Positions 25,901 through 36,500 of a stretch of DNA of 64,000 bases are shown one piece after another; positions within the stretch are counted from its first letter, which is position 1, and every line of letters starts with the position of its first letter. Position numbers and translations under genes: made by a program. This DNA is from Bacteroidales bacterium (GTDB lineage Bacteria > Bacteroidota > Bacteroidia > Bacteroidales > WCHB1-69): assembly GCA_017962275.1 (NCBI GenBank), contig JAGCVQ010000028.1, positions 3,740 to 67,739 of the forward strand. Reading direction: 5' to 3'. The notes under the pieces are model-generated. The model worked only from the letters and a program-made list of their open reading frames with translations. It was not told where the DNA came from and did no database searches.

Positions 25901-27207
25901 TGTTGTAGCGTTTTAAGTGGTTGAACAAAAGCGTGATAGAACAAATCCCCGATGAGGTTGTAGCCGTTCACGGTGAAGTGGACGCGGTCTTTCTGCGCCA
26001 GACCCTTGGCCTGCCATTTGGCCATTGAGCCGAGTCCGCCCATCACCTCGAACTGGTCCCAACAGGCACCGCCGGTGAGGTCGGCCAACCGGTGCATCAC
26101 ATCGCTTACCTCAGGACCGGTTTGGTTGACGTAATAACGACCCTTCCTGCCTTTTTTCCACGTGTCGTTGTTCGAAAGGAAGATGAAGGCGCAGTCGGGA
26201 TTGGCCTCGCGGATACGTCTAATGAGCTGTAAGTAGTTGTTTTTGAACGCAGTAGAATCGAAGTCGTTGCCGAAAGCGTCGTTCACGCCGATGCCGAGAA
26301 TCACCAAGTCAGGTGGGAAAGCCTTCATGTCGCGGGTGAAGTTCTTACACCGCAGATAGGAGGGCACTGCGGCGCCGTTAACGCCTATGGACGTGAATGT
26401 TACGCCCGGATTCCCGTTCTTCAGCCACAGTCCGTTCACGAAGAAGGTGTCGGGCGCACCGCAGGGGAAGTAGAAGGTGAATTCCTGCAAAGGTCGGTCG
26501 AGGTAGTAGTAAAAACGGTCGTTCACGGTGTCGGTTTCGTCCGCGAAACGCCATATCGTGTCGTATTTCAGAACCGGGTCGATGTAGTGGCCGTTGGAGC
26601 GACCAAGGAGGATGAGCGTGTCGGTGGCGAAATCGTAGTCCGGCTCGTTCATCGTGAATTTGATGGAATGCACGGATTGGGTGCAATAGACCGAGATGCC
26701 CGACATGCCCAGCGGAGACGGGTACTCTTTATAGACGTTGCGGATCAGCGAGAAGACATCCGAGCGGGCAATCTTGTAGTCGCGGGGATTGTTGCAGGCA
26801 TTGGCCGCCGAATAGGGGAAGATGAACCCACGGTCTGCCGGATCGCCGCCATATTCCGCCAGAACATGCTTGCGGATGCGGTGCGACATCGTGCCCGCCT
26901 GCACGTGCGAACCGCCGATGTGCATAATGTGAACGTTGCCCCGCTTGTTTTGGATGACATCGTTCCACTTTTGGTAAAAACGCACCAAATTCATGCTGTC
27001 CTTGCCCCAGTAGAGCGTGTCGTCGTTGAAACAGATGAAGGCGTAAGTTGAGTCGTAGGCCGAGAACAATTCCGGCAACACCCACACGGCAGAAGTGTCG
27101 GCTTCCATCACCAAGGCAACGCTGTCGGCGGTTTCATCCACCTGCGCAAAAGCAGTCAAGCTGCTCACCATCAGTGCGATAAAGACTAATTTTGCGCGGC
27201 GTCCCAT
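25897..27207 (-). CDS. SGNH/GDSL-like hydrolase family protein, secreted
   Basis: Signal peptide. GGSH (block I variant) and GVNDAF (block III). Overlaps the MBOAT start by 4 nt. Confidence 0.7.
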   Translation of the reverse strand: MGRRAKLVFIALMVSSLTAFAQVDETADSVALVMEADTSAVWVLPELFSAYDSTYAFICFNDDTLYWGKDSMNLVRFYQKWNDVIQNKRGNVHIMHIGGSHVQAGTMSHRIRKHVLAEYGGDPADRGFIFPYSAANACNNPRDYKIARSDVFSLIRNVYKEYPSPLGMSGISVYCTQSVHSIKFTMNEPDYDFATDTLILLGRSNGHYIDPVLKYDTIWRFADETDTVNDRFYYYLDRPLQEFTFYFPCGAPDTFFVNGLWLKNGNPGVTFTSIGVNGAAVPSYLRCKNFTRDMKAFPPDLVILGIGVNDAFGNDFDSTAFKNNYLQLIRRIREANPDCAFIFLSNNDTWKKGRKGRYYVNQTGPEVSDVMHRLADLTGGACWDQFEVMGGLGSMAKWQAKGLAQKDRVHFTVNGYNLIGDLFYHAFVQPLKTLQQ

Positions 27208-28697
27208 AGGTTGTCAAATTGTTCGGCACCCATCTTGCGACGGGTAGTGTAAAGTTCGTACATCGTGGCGAAATTCTCAGCCAGGGTCTTGCCCACGTAG
27301 TTCGCGCCAGCTGGAGTGAAGTGCACGTAGTCGGGGCCGGCCCAGCCTTTCCTCACCCAAGCTACCATCGAATTGCGACCGCCCATCACCTCGTACAAGT
27401 CCCAGTAAGCCACGTGGTTGCGCAGACACATGTTGCGCAGACTGTCCACCATCGCGGGCAGATACGTGTAGGTCTGCAGCGAACCGCCGTAGGAATGGCT
27501 CATGTCGGATGGACCGATGAACAGCAATGTGGCGTTGGGGCAGACGCTCTTGATGCGCCGGATTTGGCTCTGCATGAGGGTGCAGTATTTGTTGATGGCG
27601 GCGGTGCTGTAGGTGGATGGCATCTGGTTGCCGCCGAACTGCAAGATGATCAGCCCGACATCAGAAAGTTGGTAGCATTTGCGTAAAATGCTATCCGTGA
27701 CGAGGGTGAACTGGTTGCCGGAGGAACTGCGCAACGGAATGTTGTCAACGCTTACGCCGGGACCGTTGTCGATCATGATGCCGTAGATATCGGCTGTGCC
27801 TTGCATGTTGATGCGCAGGGACGCGGTGGAAGAATCGGTTTGCCAGCGCATGGCGTGGATGCCCGCGCCCTCGCTCGTGCAGGTGGAGTCGTAGCCGTGT
27901 TTGCGGTCGCTGAGAGTGGCGCGGAACTTGCCGTCGTGGTCGTTGTAAAGCAGCGTGACGCGGGAGAACCGTTTCACGCGGTTGTCGGTGCGTTTGTTGG
28001 AGGTGGCGTTGGCGGTGAAGGTGCCGCTGCCGGTGAGGCGGTAGCATTTGAGCATGAGGCCGTAGTTGCCGCGTGCCCGCGCCCCGTCGCCGTAGGTGGA
28101 GTAGAGGGTGAAGGCACCGGATGCGGACTGGCTTACCGCGTATGACGCAACGGTCTGGATGGCAGGCAACAAGCCCGGACCGCCGCCGCCGAACTTCGAC
28201 TGCATCCAAGTGCGGAGGTTGCCCGAGATACGGTCCATCTCGATTTGCGAGTCGCCATAGTGCAGCACACGCAGCACCTCTTCTTTCGATCTGGCGGCGG
28301 CCGCTTTCGCAAAGAATTTGTCGAAATAGGTGACGTCGCCGTCGGGCAGGTAGAAGTGGCCTTCCGAGGCGAGCGTGGTCTTGAAATGTTCGAGGGTATC
28401 GAGCTGTTGCTCAACCTGTTTCTGCTTTATAGAATCTTCACGGGCAATTTCCGCGATGATGGCCTCGCGTTTCTTGCGGTTGAACAGCGTGGGTTTCGGG
28501 ATGCGTTTGTCGCGTGAAAGACTGTCGCCGGGCAGGTCGGGGAGGTCGGCATCTGGATCAGCGAGCACTTTTTCGATGGATGGGAAGTTGACCGTGTGTT
28601 TGGCCAGCGTGATGCCGTCTTGGGGAAAGAAGAAGCTGATAACCCCTAAACAAGTGATTATCAAAATGATAAATAGCGCTATTTGCCACGGTTTCAT
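27186..28697 (-). CDS. SGNH/GDSL hydrolase family protein with N-terminal TM anchor
   Basis: HYGDSQ block I and GGNQ block. First gene of the three-gene operon. Confidence 0.7.
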   Translation of the reverse strand: MKPWQIALFIILIITCLGVISFFFPQDGITLAKHTVNFPSIEKVLADPDADLPDLPGDSLSRDKRIPKPTLFNRKKREAIIAEIAREDSIKQKQVEQQLDTLEHFKTTLASEGHFYLPDGDVTYFDKFFAKAAAARSKEEVLRVLHYGDSQIEMDRISGNLRTWMQSKFGGGGPGLLPAIQTVASYAVSQSASGAFTLYSTYGDGARARGNYGLMLKCYRLTGSGTFTANATSNKRTDNRVKRFSRVTLLYNDHDGKFRATLSDRKHGYDSTCTSEGAGIHAMRWQTDSSTASLRINMQGTADIYGIMIDNGPGVSVDNIPLRSSSGNQFTLVTDSILRKCYQLSDVGLIILQFGGNQMPSTYSTAAINKYCTLMQSQIRRIKSVCPNATLLFIGPSDMSHSYGGSLQTYTYLPAMVDSLRNMCLRNHVAYWDLYEVMGGRNSMVAWVRKGWAGPDYVHFTPAGANYVGKTLAENFATMYELYTTRRKMGAEQFDNLWDAAQN

Positions 28698-28726
28698 TCT
28701 CTTTCTACCCTAATTTTTTGAGGGCG

Positions 28727-28734
28727 CAAAGGTA
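28727..28734 (-). promoter_or_regulatory. -7 promoter box TAccTTTG (minus strand) for the O-acetylation operon
   Basis: Reverse complement of CAAAGGTA, 30 nt upstream of the start at 28697. Confidence 0.5.
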
Positions 28735-28896
28735 CAAAAAAACAATATGCGCAGAAGACGCTGTTTTAAATCACATAGGCTCGCGCATCAACTTTTTATT
28801 TGGGCACCCCAGCGCGGCGGGACGCCCGAATAAAAAAAAATGATGCGGAAGCCCTGGAGAGCAAGTCGAGAAGGTTAGTAAAAGTACAAAATTTTG

Positions 28897-28904
28897 TATT
28901 TTTG
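28897..28904 (+). promoter_or_regulatory. -7 promoter box TAttTTTG upstream of the dgkA remnant
   Basis: Homologous in position to the box at 37602. Confidence 0.45.
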
Positions 28905-28924
28905 CCCCCTCAAATAATTGCGGG

Positions 28925-29179
28925 ATGAAAAAACAGGAGAAATTTTCGATTAAGAAGCGGCTGAAAAGCTTCACTTACGCATTCAACGGGTTGAAAGTGC
29001 TCTTCCAAGAGGAACACAACAGCCGGATACATCTTTTTGCGACCATTTGTGTCATCGTGGCGGGTGTGCTGCTCAAGCTGTCGTTGCTGGAGTGGGCGGC
29101 CGTCTTGGTGAACGCCATCTCTGCCGCCGCCATCGGGTTGCTGGTCTTTATCCCGAGAATCATACATCTTTTCCCATAA
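28925..29179 (+). pseudogene. diacylglycerol kinase paralog with an in-frame 42-codon internal deletion
   Basis: Both 84-aa ends align to DgkA at 37641..38021. The block containing EIFNSSIEDLAD is missing. Confidence 0.75.
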
Positions 29180-29200
29180 TATTACGAACATTGGCATTTT

Positions 29201-29228
29201 GTAGAGACGCAAAATTTTGCGTCTCTAC
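29201..29228. terminator. 28-nt perfect palindrome GTAGAGACGCAAAATTTTGCGTCTCTAC
   Basis: Perfect 14-bp arms, and an identical copy lies at 38036-38063. Confidence 0.6.
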
Positions 29229-29315
29229 ACGCCCGAAAATCTATACAGCAATTTCAAGAAAACCCTCACCCCTGTTCCATATTGCCTGTTCCCAGTTGCC
29301 TATTGCCTCAAACCC

Positions 29316-30296
29316 ATGTTTCTCGGTGAACTAATCTCCCTTTTCGTCGCCCTTTCGTGGACCGCCACCGCCCTTTTCGCGGAGGTGGGTTCGAAGCGCA
29401 TGGGTTCGTTGCCGTTCAACACGATACGGATGACGATGTCGCTGCTTTTCCTCGTCCTCACGCTTTGGTTGGTGATGGGCGTTCCCTACCCGCGATTCGC
29501 CGACGGCGGCACGTGGGGTTGGTTGCTGCTCTCGGGGGTGGTCGGCTACGTCATCGGCGACTATTGTTTGATGCAGGGTTACATCCACATCGGGTCTCGT
29601 TTCGGACAGCTCTTCATGACCCTTTCCGCGCCCACGGCGGCCATCACCGGACGGATTCTTCTTGGCGAGCAGATGCGCCCGATTGCCATCCTCGGCATGG
29701 TCGTCACGTTGAGCGGTATCGCCCTCTCCATTCTTTCCAAAAGTGATGATTCCGAGCATCGCGGCATTCGTTTCAAACTCCCGGCTAAGGGTGTTTTTTA
29801 CGCCGCGATGGCCGGTATTTGCCAAGGTTTCGGATTGGTACTCAGCAAGGTGGGACTCCAACACTACGACGCGGCACTCGCAGTGCTCAACATTTCCCAA
29901 GACGCGGTCTTCGAAGGTGCCATACTGCCGTTGCCCGTCAGCATCTGCGTGCCCTTCGCCGCCACCACCATTCGCGGCTACATCGGGTTGGCGGGCTTTT
30001 TCGTGTCGTTGATGCTGTTCAGCAAAGACGGATTAGCGAAGCTACGTAGTGCTCTTCGCGACCGCAAGGCGATGTGGTGCGTGTTCGCCTCCACCATCTT
30101 TGGACCCTTCATCGGGGTCAGCGCATCGCTGCTGGCCACCCAATACACTACTGCGGGCATCGCCCAGACGCTCTTCGCCCTCACCCCAATCCTCATCATC
30201 GCCCCGTCGGCCTTCCTGTTCCATCAGAAAGTGACACTGCGAGAGGTGATTGGCGCGGTAATCAGCGTGGTAGGAGTATGTCTGTTTTTCATATAG
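29316..30296 (+). CDS. DMT superfamily (EamA-type) transporter
   Basis: About ten TM segments and duplicated EamA-like halves. Start is at the internal ATG after the repeat region. Confidence 0.75.
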   Translation: MFLGELISLFVALSWTATALFAEVGSKRMGSLPFNTIRMTMSLLFLVLTLWLVMGVPYPRFADGGTWGWLLLSGVVGYVIGDYCLMQGYIHIGSRFGQLFMTLSAPTAAITGRILLGEQMRPIAILGMVVTLSGIALSILSKSDDSEHRGIRFKLPAKGVFYAAMAGICQGFGLVLSKVGLQHYDAALAVLNISQDAVFEGAILPLPVSICVPFAATTIRGYIGLAGFFVSLMLFSKDGLAKLRSALRDRKAMWCVFASTIFGPFIGVSASLLATQYTTAGIAQTLFALTPILIIAPSAFLFHQKVTLREVIGAVISVVGVCLFFI

Positions 30297-30403
30297 TTCG
30301 GTGTGATTCCTCAAAATAAGTTTATTGGCTGATGGCATTGTATATCGGTTGTGAGTCGTATATAATGAAGGTTAGAAAGGGACAAGTATTCCCACATTTT
30401 TCG

Positions 30404-30411
30404 TATTTTTG
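30404..30411 (+). promoter_or_regulatory. -7 promoter box TAttTTTG
   Basis: 24 nt upstream of ATG 30435. Confidence 0.5.
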
Positions 30412-30434
30412 CCGCCATATTAATCCGTTGATCT

Positions 30435-31172
30435 ATGGAATTTCACACCTACGGAAACCAGACAAACCCGACGCTGTTGCTGCTGCCGGGATTGGGCGTG
30501 TCGCACGAGATTTTCCTCCCGCTGGTGGAGTTGCTGAAAGATCGTTTTTATATGGTAGCTGCCGAAATTGACGGTTTTCTGATCGGGAAGCCCTCGCGTT
30601 TCACCTCCGTGGATGACCAGGCGGCGCAGGTCAACCGTTACGTGCAGGAGCACTTTGACGGGAAACTGGAAGTAGCTTACGGACTGTCGTTGGGCGGAAA
30701 GATTCTCTCGCGGATGATGGAACGCAGCGAAATCGCTATCAGTCATGCCATTATGGACGCCGCACCGCTGTTGGCACTGCCGAGATGGAGTGTGGGGCCG
30801 TTGCGCTACTATCAGGCCTTCAACGTGTGGAGTTGCTATCACTGTACCGGTTTCTGGCGGTGGCTGTTCCATTCGCACTATTTCGATGTGCTGCTCGATG
30901 AGGTGAAGAAGGTGTTCCCGTCGGACAGAACCCGCGCCGTGCGGGAAGGCTACAAGTCCGTCTATACCAATACGTTGGAATCCATCAGCGGTCCCGACAT
31001 CCACTTTTGGTACGGCACGAAGGAGGCATTCGTCGCCAAACCGCAGGTCAAGCACCTGCTATCGCTTTGTCCCGATGTCCATGTGGAGATTTTTGACAAG
31101 ATGAACCACGGGCAGCTGCTGGTGGATCATCCTGAGGTGGTGGCGGAACGGATAGAAAAACTTCTTCCTTGA
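30435..31172 (+). CDS. alpha/beta hydrolase fold protein
   Basis: LLLLPGLG oxyanion region and a GLSLGG nucleophile elbow. Confidence 0.75.
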   Translation: MEFHTYGNQTNPTLLLLPGLGVSHEIFLPLVELLKDRFYMVAAEIDGFLIGKPSRFTSVDDQAAQVNRYVQEHFDGKLEVAYGLSLGGKILSRMMERSEIAISHAIMDAAPLLALPRWSVGPLRYYQAFNVWSCYHCTGFWRWLFHSHYFDVLLDEVKKVFPSDRTRAVREGYKSVYTNTLESISGPDIHFWYGTKEAFVAKPQVKHLLSLCPDVHVEIFDKMNHGQLLVDHPEVVAERIEKLLP

Positions 31173-31245
31173 GCAGTCCCGAAGGGACAAGAGCTCGATA
31201 GAGATCAATAACCCCACATAAGCGACGAAGGAGCGCAGTGTGGGG
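31167..31245 (+). repeat. double-hairpin intergenic element, copy A
   Basis: TCCC-GAA-GGGA hairpin, AAGAGCTCGATAGAG linker, then the CCCCACATAAGCG...CGCAGTGTGGGG hairpin. Confidence 0.8.
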
Positions 31246-31275
31246 CTGAAAAGTACAAACAAAAACCGTAATAAT

Positions 31276-32121
31276 ATGAAAAACGTGAAATTACTGCTGG
31301 TCCTCGCGACCGTGACGCTGACCGCCGTCTCCTGCGGTTCGAAGAAAGAAGCCCCGAAAGAGGAAGCCCCGAAGATGCTGGTGCTCTACTACTCCCAAAC
31401 CGGCAACACCAAAGCGGTGGCGGAAGAGATTGCCACGAAGTTGGGTGCCGACATCGAGGAGATTACCATGGTGAATCCTTACGACACGGGGTTCCAGGCG
31501 ACCATCGACCGTTGCTTGCAAGACCGTGAGCGGGGAATCATCCCTGACATTCAGCCGGTTAAGGCAAATATTGCCGACTATGACATCATCTTCCTCGGCT
31601 TCCCCGTCTGGTTCGGAACCTACGCGCCGCCCGTGCAGAAATTTCTCCTCGGTGCCGATTTGAGCGGCAAGAAGATCGTGCCGTTCTGCACCTTCGGCAG
31701 CGGCGGTCTGGAGTCCAGCGTGAAGGATTTGGAGCAGGCCGAGCCCAATGCGGAGGTGATGCCCGGCTACGGTGTCCGCGCTGCTCGCATGGCTGCGATG
31801 CCCAAGGAGGTGGATCAGTTCCTGAAAGCCAACGGCTATCTCGAAGGCGAATTTGTGCAGCTGGAGGAATTCCCTGCCCAACACGACGTTAGTGAGGAAG
31901 AAGCGGCCATTTTCGATGCCGCCGTCGATGGATACCCGATGTTGCACGCGAAAGCCAAAACGGTCGCCACCCGCACCCTTCCTGACGGCATGGAATATCT
32001 GTTCACCGCTGAAGATCTTCCCCGGGAGAACAGTCCGAAGATGCCGCCTGCCGGCGAGTTGCAGGTCTATGTGACGGTTGTCAACGGCCAAGCTCCTGTG
32101 TTCACGAAAGTTATCCGATAA
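31276..32121 (+). CDS. flavodoxin-like domain lipoprotein with extra C-terminal domain
   Basis: Signal peptide plus Cys (LTAVSCGS), followed by LVLYYSQTGNTK, the flavodoxin FMN-loop motif. Confidence 0.7.
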   Translation: MKNVKLLLVLATVTLTAVSCGSKKEAPKEEAPKMLVLYYSQTGNTKAVAEEIATKLGADIEEITMVNPYDTGFQATIDRCLQDRERGIIPDIQPVKANIADYDIIFLGFPVWFGTYAPPVQKFLLGADLSGKKIVPFCTFGSGGLESSVKDLEQAEPNAEVMPGYGVRAARMAAMPKEVDQFLKANGYLEGEFVQLEEFPAQHDVSEEEAAIFDAAVDGYPMLHAKAKTVATRTLPDGMEYLFTAEDLPRENSPKMPPAGELQVYVTVVNGQAPVFTKVIR

Positions 32122-32122
32122 G

Positions 32123-32620
32123 ATGAATAAGCTGAAAGAAACTTTCGGATATGCCCTCGGTTTCGTGCTGTTTGTGGTGTTGATTCCCGTGATCATGTGG
32201 CTCTGCTCCGGTCGGCCCGCCACGGATGTCAACACCGCACAACTCCTCATCACGTTCATCCTTGCGGTAGCAGGCTTGGCATTAAGCATTTGGGCCATCG
32301 TCTATATGCGCCGTGTGGGCGACGGCAACCCGATGGACGCCTTCGGACACGAGGTTGCCCCGCGCACCAAACACCTGATGACCGACGGGCCCTACCGCCT
32401 CAGTCGCAACCCGATGTTGACGGGCATATTCGTCTATCTGATAGGCTGTTGCATCTGGCTGTGGACCTGGCAATCAGCGGTCGTCTTCGTAGTTTTCGTC
32501 GCCATCATGCTCGTCCAAGTCCGCACCGAAGAGGAGCGCCTCCGCCGCGACTTCGGCGAAGAGTATGAGGAGTATTGCAAGAAAACGGGTCGGTTTTTGC
32601 CATTTAGTTGGAAGTCATGA
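32123..32620 (+). CDS. isoprenylcysteine carboxyl methyltransferase (ICMT/PEMT) family membrane protein
   Basis: GPYRLSRNPMLTG motif, 4-5 TM helices and a C-terminal EE..L...FGEEY. Confidence 0.75.
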   Translation: MNKLKETFGYALGFVLFVVLIPVIMWLCSGRPATDVNTAQLLITFILAVAGLALSIWAIVYMRRVGDGNPMDAFGHEVAPRTKHLMTDGPYRLSRNPMLTGIFVYLIGCCIWLWTWQSAVVFVVFVAIMLVQVRTEEERLRRDFGEEYEEYCKKTGRFLPFSWKS

Positions 32621-32644
32621 AAAGGGTGAATCCTGGTTGGAGAA

Positions 32645-33508
32645 ATGCTTTACCTCATTCTGGCCATAGTCTTTTCGTCAGGGGTGTTTGTCACCATGCG
32701 CTTTTTCAAGCGCTTTGAGTTGGACAATCACCAGGCGTTGATGTGGAACTATGTCTTCGCCACGGTCACCGGTTTCCTGATATGCCGTCACTACGACACG
32801 ATTCCCCAGTTGGTCCACGAATCGTGGTTCGGCTTGTCGTTGCTGACGGGCTTCTGGTTCATCTTCACCTATTTGCTCATGACCGCCTCCACCCAGTCGT
32901 CGGGCATCACCATCACCTCTCTTTCCAGCAAACTGTCGGTGGTGCTGCCCACGTTGGCAGGTGTACTCATCTTTCATGAACGGCTGAATCTGAAAGTCGC
33001 GGCCGGAATCGCCTTGGCCCTGGTAGCTTTGGTTCTGGTGTTGGGCGGAGACGGCAAAACGTCCGACAATGATCGGAAAATCAATTGGTTGCTCCCCGTT
33101 CTGATATTCTTCGGGACGGGCACGGGCGACATCTTGATGAAGCTCAACGAACAACACAACACGGGTCACAACATGGGCTTCATGATTGCCTTTATCTATC
33201 TGATTGCCACGTTGTTCGGCATCATGTTAGTAGCATACGACCTGATTCGGGGCAAATCCAAATGGCAGAGCAAAAATCTCCTTGGGGGCATCGTGCTGGG
33301 CGTCATCAACTTCTTCTCCACTTTCTGTGTGTTTCACGCCATGCGCTATTTCGACAACGTGGTGCTCTTCCCTATCTACAACATCGGGGTGGTGTGCCTC
33401 ACCGCCCTGATCGGCTGGCTGCTGTTCAAGGAGAAGCTGTCGTGGAAGAATTATCTCGGCCTCGCCATCGCCATCGTGGCCGTTGTGCTGATAACGGTGA
33501 GGGTGTGA
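32645..33508 (+). CDS. DMT-like polytopic membrane protein
   Basis: About ten TM helices with EamA-like organisation. Confidence 0.6.
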   Translation: MLYLILAIVFSSGVFVTMRFFKRFELDNHQALMWNYVFATVTGFLICRHYDTIPQLVHESWFGLSLLTGFWFIFTYLLMTASTQSSGITITSLSSKLSVVLPTLAGVLIFHERLNLKVAAGIALALVALVLVLGGDGKTSDNDRKINWLLPVLIFFGTGTGDILMKLNEQHNTGHNMGFMIAFIYLIATLFGIMLVAYDLIRGKSKWQSKNLLGGIVLGVINFFSTFCVFHAMRYFDNVVLFPIYNIGVVCLTALIGWLLFKEKLSWKNYLGLAIAIVAVVLITVRV

Positions 33509-33527
33509 ATTTTCTGGCTGTTGGCCA

Positions 33528-36500
33528 TTAGTTATCAGCTTTTAGCATTTTTTTCGATATTGCTCCTTTATCGGTTTGTATCCGCACCAAATAGGCACCC
33601 TTGGCGAGGCCGGAGACATCGATGCGGATTGTCTGTAGGGGAGAATAATTATTCGCCCCTACAACGATGCGAACCAATTTGCCGTAAACATCATACACTT
33701 CAATGCCGAGGATGCGCAGGTCGGGGTCCGTCACGCGAATATCCATGTAGTCACGAGCGGGGTTCGGGTAGAGAAGAACGACTTTTTTCAAACGCAAATA
33801 CTCTGCCACACCAACCGAGTCAACATCCGTCAAAAAATGGACTGTCTCTGACGGCATATCAGGATTACAGACCGCCACAACATAACAATCGTAAGAAGTT
33901 TCAGACTCCAGATTCTGCAAAGTGTAAGTCAGGCTACCGGGACACACGGTATCGACCTGCCATATAGAGTCGGAGGAAGGCTTGTAACAGACCAGGTAGG
34001 TTGTGGAGTCCGTCTGAGAATCCTGCCATACAACCACAGCGGAAGTGCTTGTGACATCCTGGACTGTCAGTTGCGACGGAATCGCACATGGAAGATTGTT
34101 GTTATACGCTATTGTCAGACTGTCTATGTATATATCGTAGTAAGATGACATAAAATTGTACGAATAAGGATTTGGATCCCGAAATGCGATATAAGTCCCG
34201 TTGCCCTCATATTCGAAAAACGGTACGGTGACAAAGACAAATGCTTTCTGGATACTGTCCAAAGTCCGAACAAATGTAAAGGTGGATGGATCTGTCGGAT
34301 CCGTCATCACGCCCACCTCCAATCTTGAACCGGCATATTGATCACCCCGAGCATTATATAGGTAAAACGAAATCTGTAGTTCGTGAATGTCCAAATATTC
34401 GGAATTCACATACGGCATCACTGCTATGCTCCCTTCGCTGTTATAGAACACCAGAGATTGACTGCCGGAATAGGGATGCCACTGCTCCACACGGGGATAG
34501 CTTGGGTTGTATGCGTAATTTCCCACTATGCGTGACCAACAGGGCTGCATCTCGTTAAGTGTGGCATCCTCGAAGTCCCAAGTCTGCGGAACGGAGATGA
34601 TATCGTGCGGACATCCTGTAGAGAAGAAGGCTGTGAATGATGGAACTTCAGGACTACATAAAGCCACAATGTAATATTCGTAAGAGGTAAATGGAGTCAG
34701 ATTATCAAACATGAACGATGTCGTGTTTGTCGTGTCAGATTGCCAAGCAACCGTGCCAACTTGTCTGTGAAAGACAATATATTGGGTGGAATCGGCATCG
34801 TGAGTCCAAGAAATAACAGCCGAACGTCCGGTTTCATTCAATAAAACAGGATTTGTGGGACGCGGGCAGTCAGGTGTCTTCATTAACGTCAAATTGTCCA
34901 TGAAATATCGGCTGTAACTGGCATCTCGGAAGGCGATGTATTTTCCTGTTCCCGAATAAGATGACAAATCGACATCAAAAAGCTGGTATTCGTAAGATAT
35001 ATCATTCAAACTTTTTATTAAAGAGAATGTTGACGCATCTGTCGGATCTGTCATTACTCCAATATCCAAAGTCGCATTTGAAGCATATCCATCGTATGCT
35101 TTCAAATAGAAAGAAAGTGACAACTCATTAGTTTGTAACGTATCCGATAATACTGGCAGAACAACAATACAACCATGTACGAGAGAAAAATATAACGATT
35201 TGCTGCCACTGAATGCCCAATTTTCATTATCATAGACATACGGAGTGTAGTTGTTTGAATAGCCGGAATAAGTTTTTAAAAATTCCCAACAATCAGGCAA
35301 GGGACTATCCGCAGTGCCGCCGCTGTTGTTATTCTCGAATCCCCAGAACATGGGAACGGAATCGATTATTCCGCATACCGTGGAAAAGATAAATGGCTCG
35401 GAGAATGCCTCCGGATAGCATCCTGCAGCTACGCGCACTTCGTATGTTGTGTTTTGGAGTAAACCAGAGAGGGTCACCGTAGGTGTGCTAATGACAGCGG
35501 TCGTGTCATAAAGGACGGTGTTTCCACCAATAGGCTTATACTCAACTATATACCATGTCGAATCGGCGTCATGCGACCAGCTCAAATCCGCAGAAGTCAA
35601 TCCGACATCAGTCAGTGAAATATCTATCGGACGCGAACAACCCGGCATCATCTGTATTTTCAAATCATCAACAAAAATATAGTGTCCTGGCGATCCGCAC
35701 AATTTCATGGCGATGTGCGTTCCTGTGCCATTATAAGCACTCATCGGTACATCATAAAAATGATAAATGTACGGAACAATTCCTTCCACTGTGTCCACCG
35801 CCACAAAGGTACTCACATCCCATGGATCAGACATCATACCAAAAATCAGCTTTTGATTTGATGATGCCAAGTATGCCATCGCCTTGAAGCTGATCATCAA
35901 ATCATGAATCGGCAAAACGGAAGTGTCAACTGCGGGCAACACCATAGCGTAGTTAGAGTTAGACCCATGGGACATGACGAGAAAATGGTTACCTGCTTCA
36001 CTGTTTACATATCCAGATCCATACGCGGATTGCTGCGAAGTGCAAATCCAACATTCCGGCAGGGGCATGTTCACTGTACCTGCTGTGTTATTGGTTTCAA
36101 AATCCCAAAAATAGGGCACCGTGCTGATTGCATCGCAGAGCGTAGATACGGCTATAGTGTTCGAAACCAACGATGTGTCGCATAATGGAGCTACAAAAAC
36201 CTCGTATGTGGTGGATGCCGACAGATTTTCTAACTCCAATGAGTTTTCCACAGGTTGTACTATAACCGTTTGCCAAACAGTATAGCCCTCTTCTCGGTAA
36301 GAAACCGACACTTGAGAACCATCAGCGGGGAAGCCTATTCCATGCAATAATACAGTATTTGCGGTAGGATGAGAATAGGAGATGGCGGACGGGCGTTGAC
36401 AATCCGGAATGGTATCCAACACCATATCGTCTATATATATCGTAGTTGCCGTAGCACCTGGGTTCTGTATGGCGATATAGGAACCGTCACCTTCATAATC

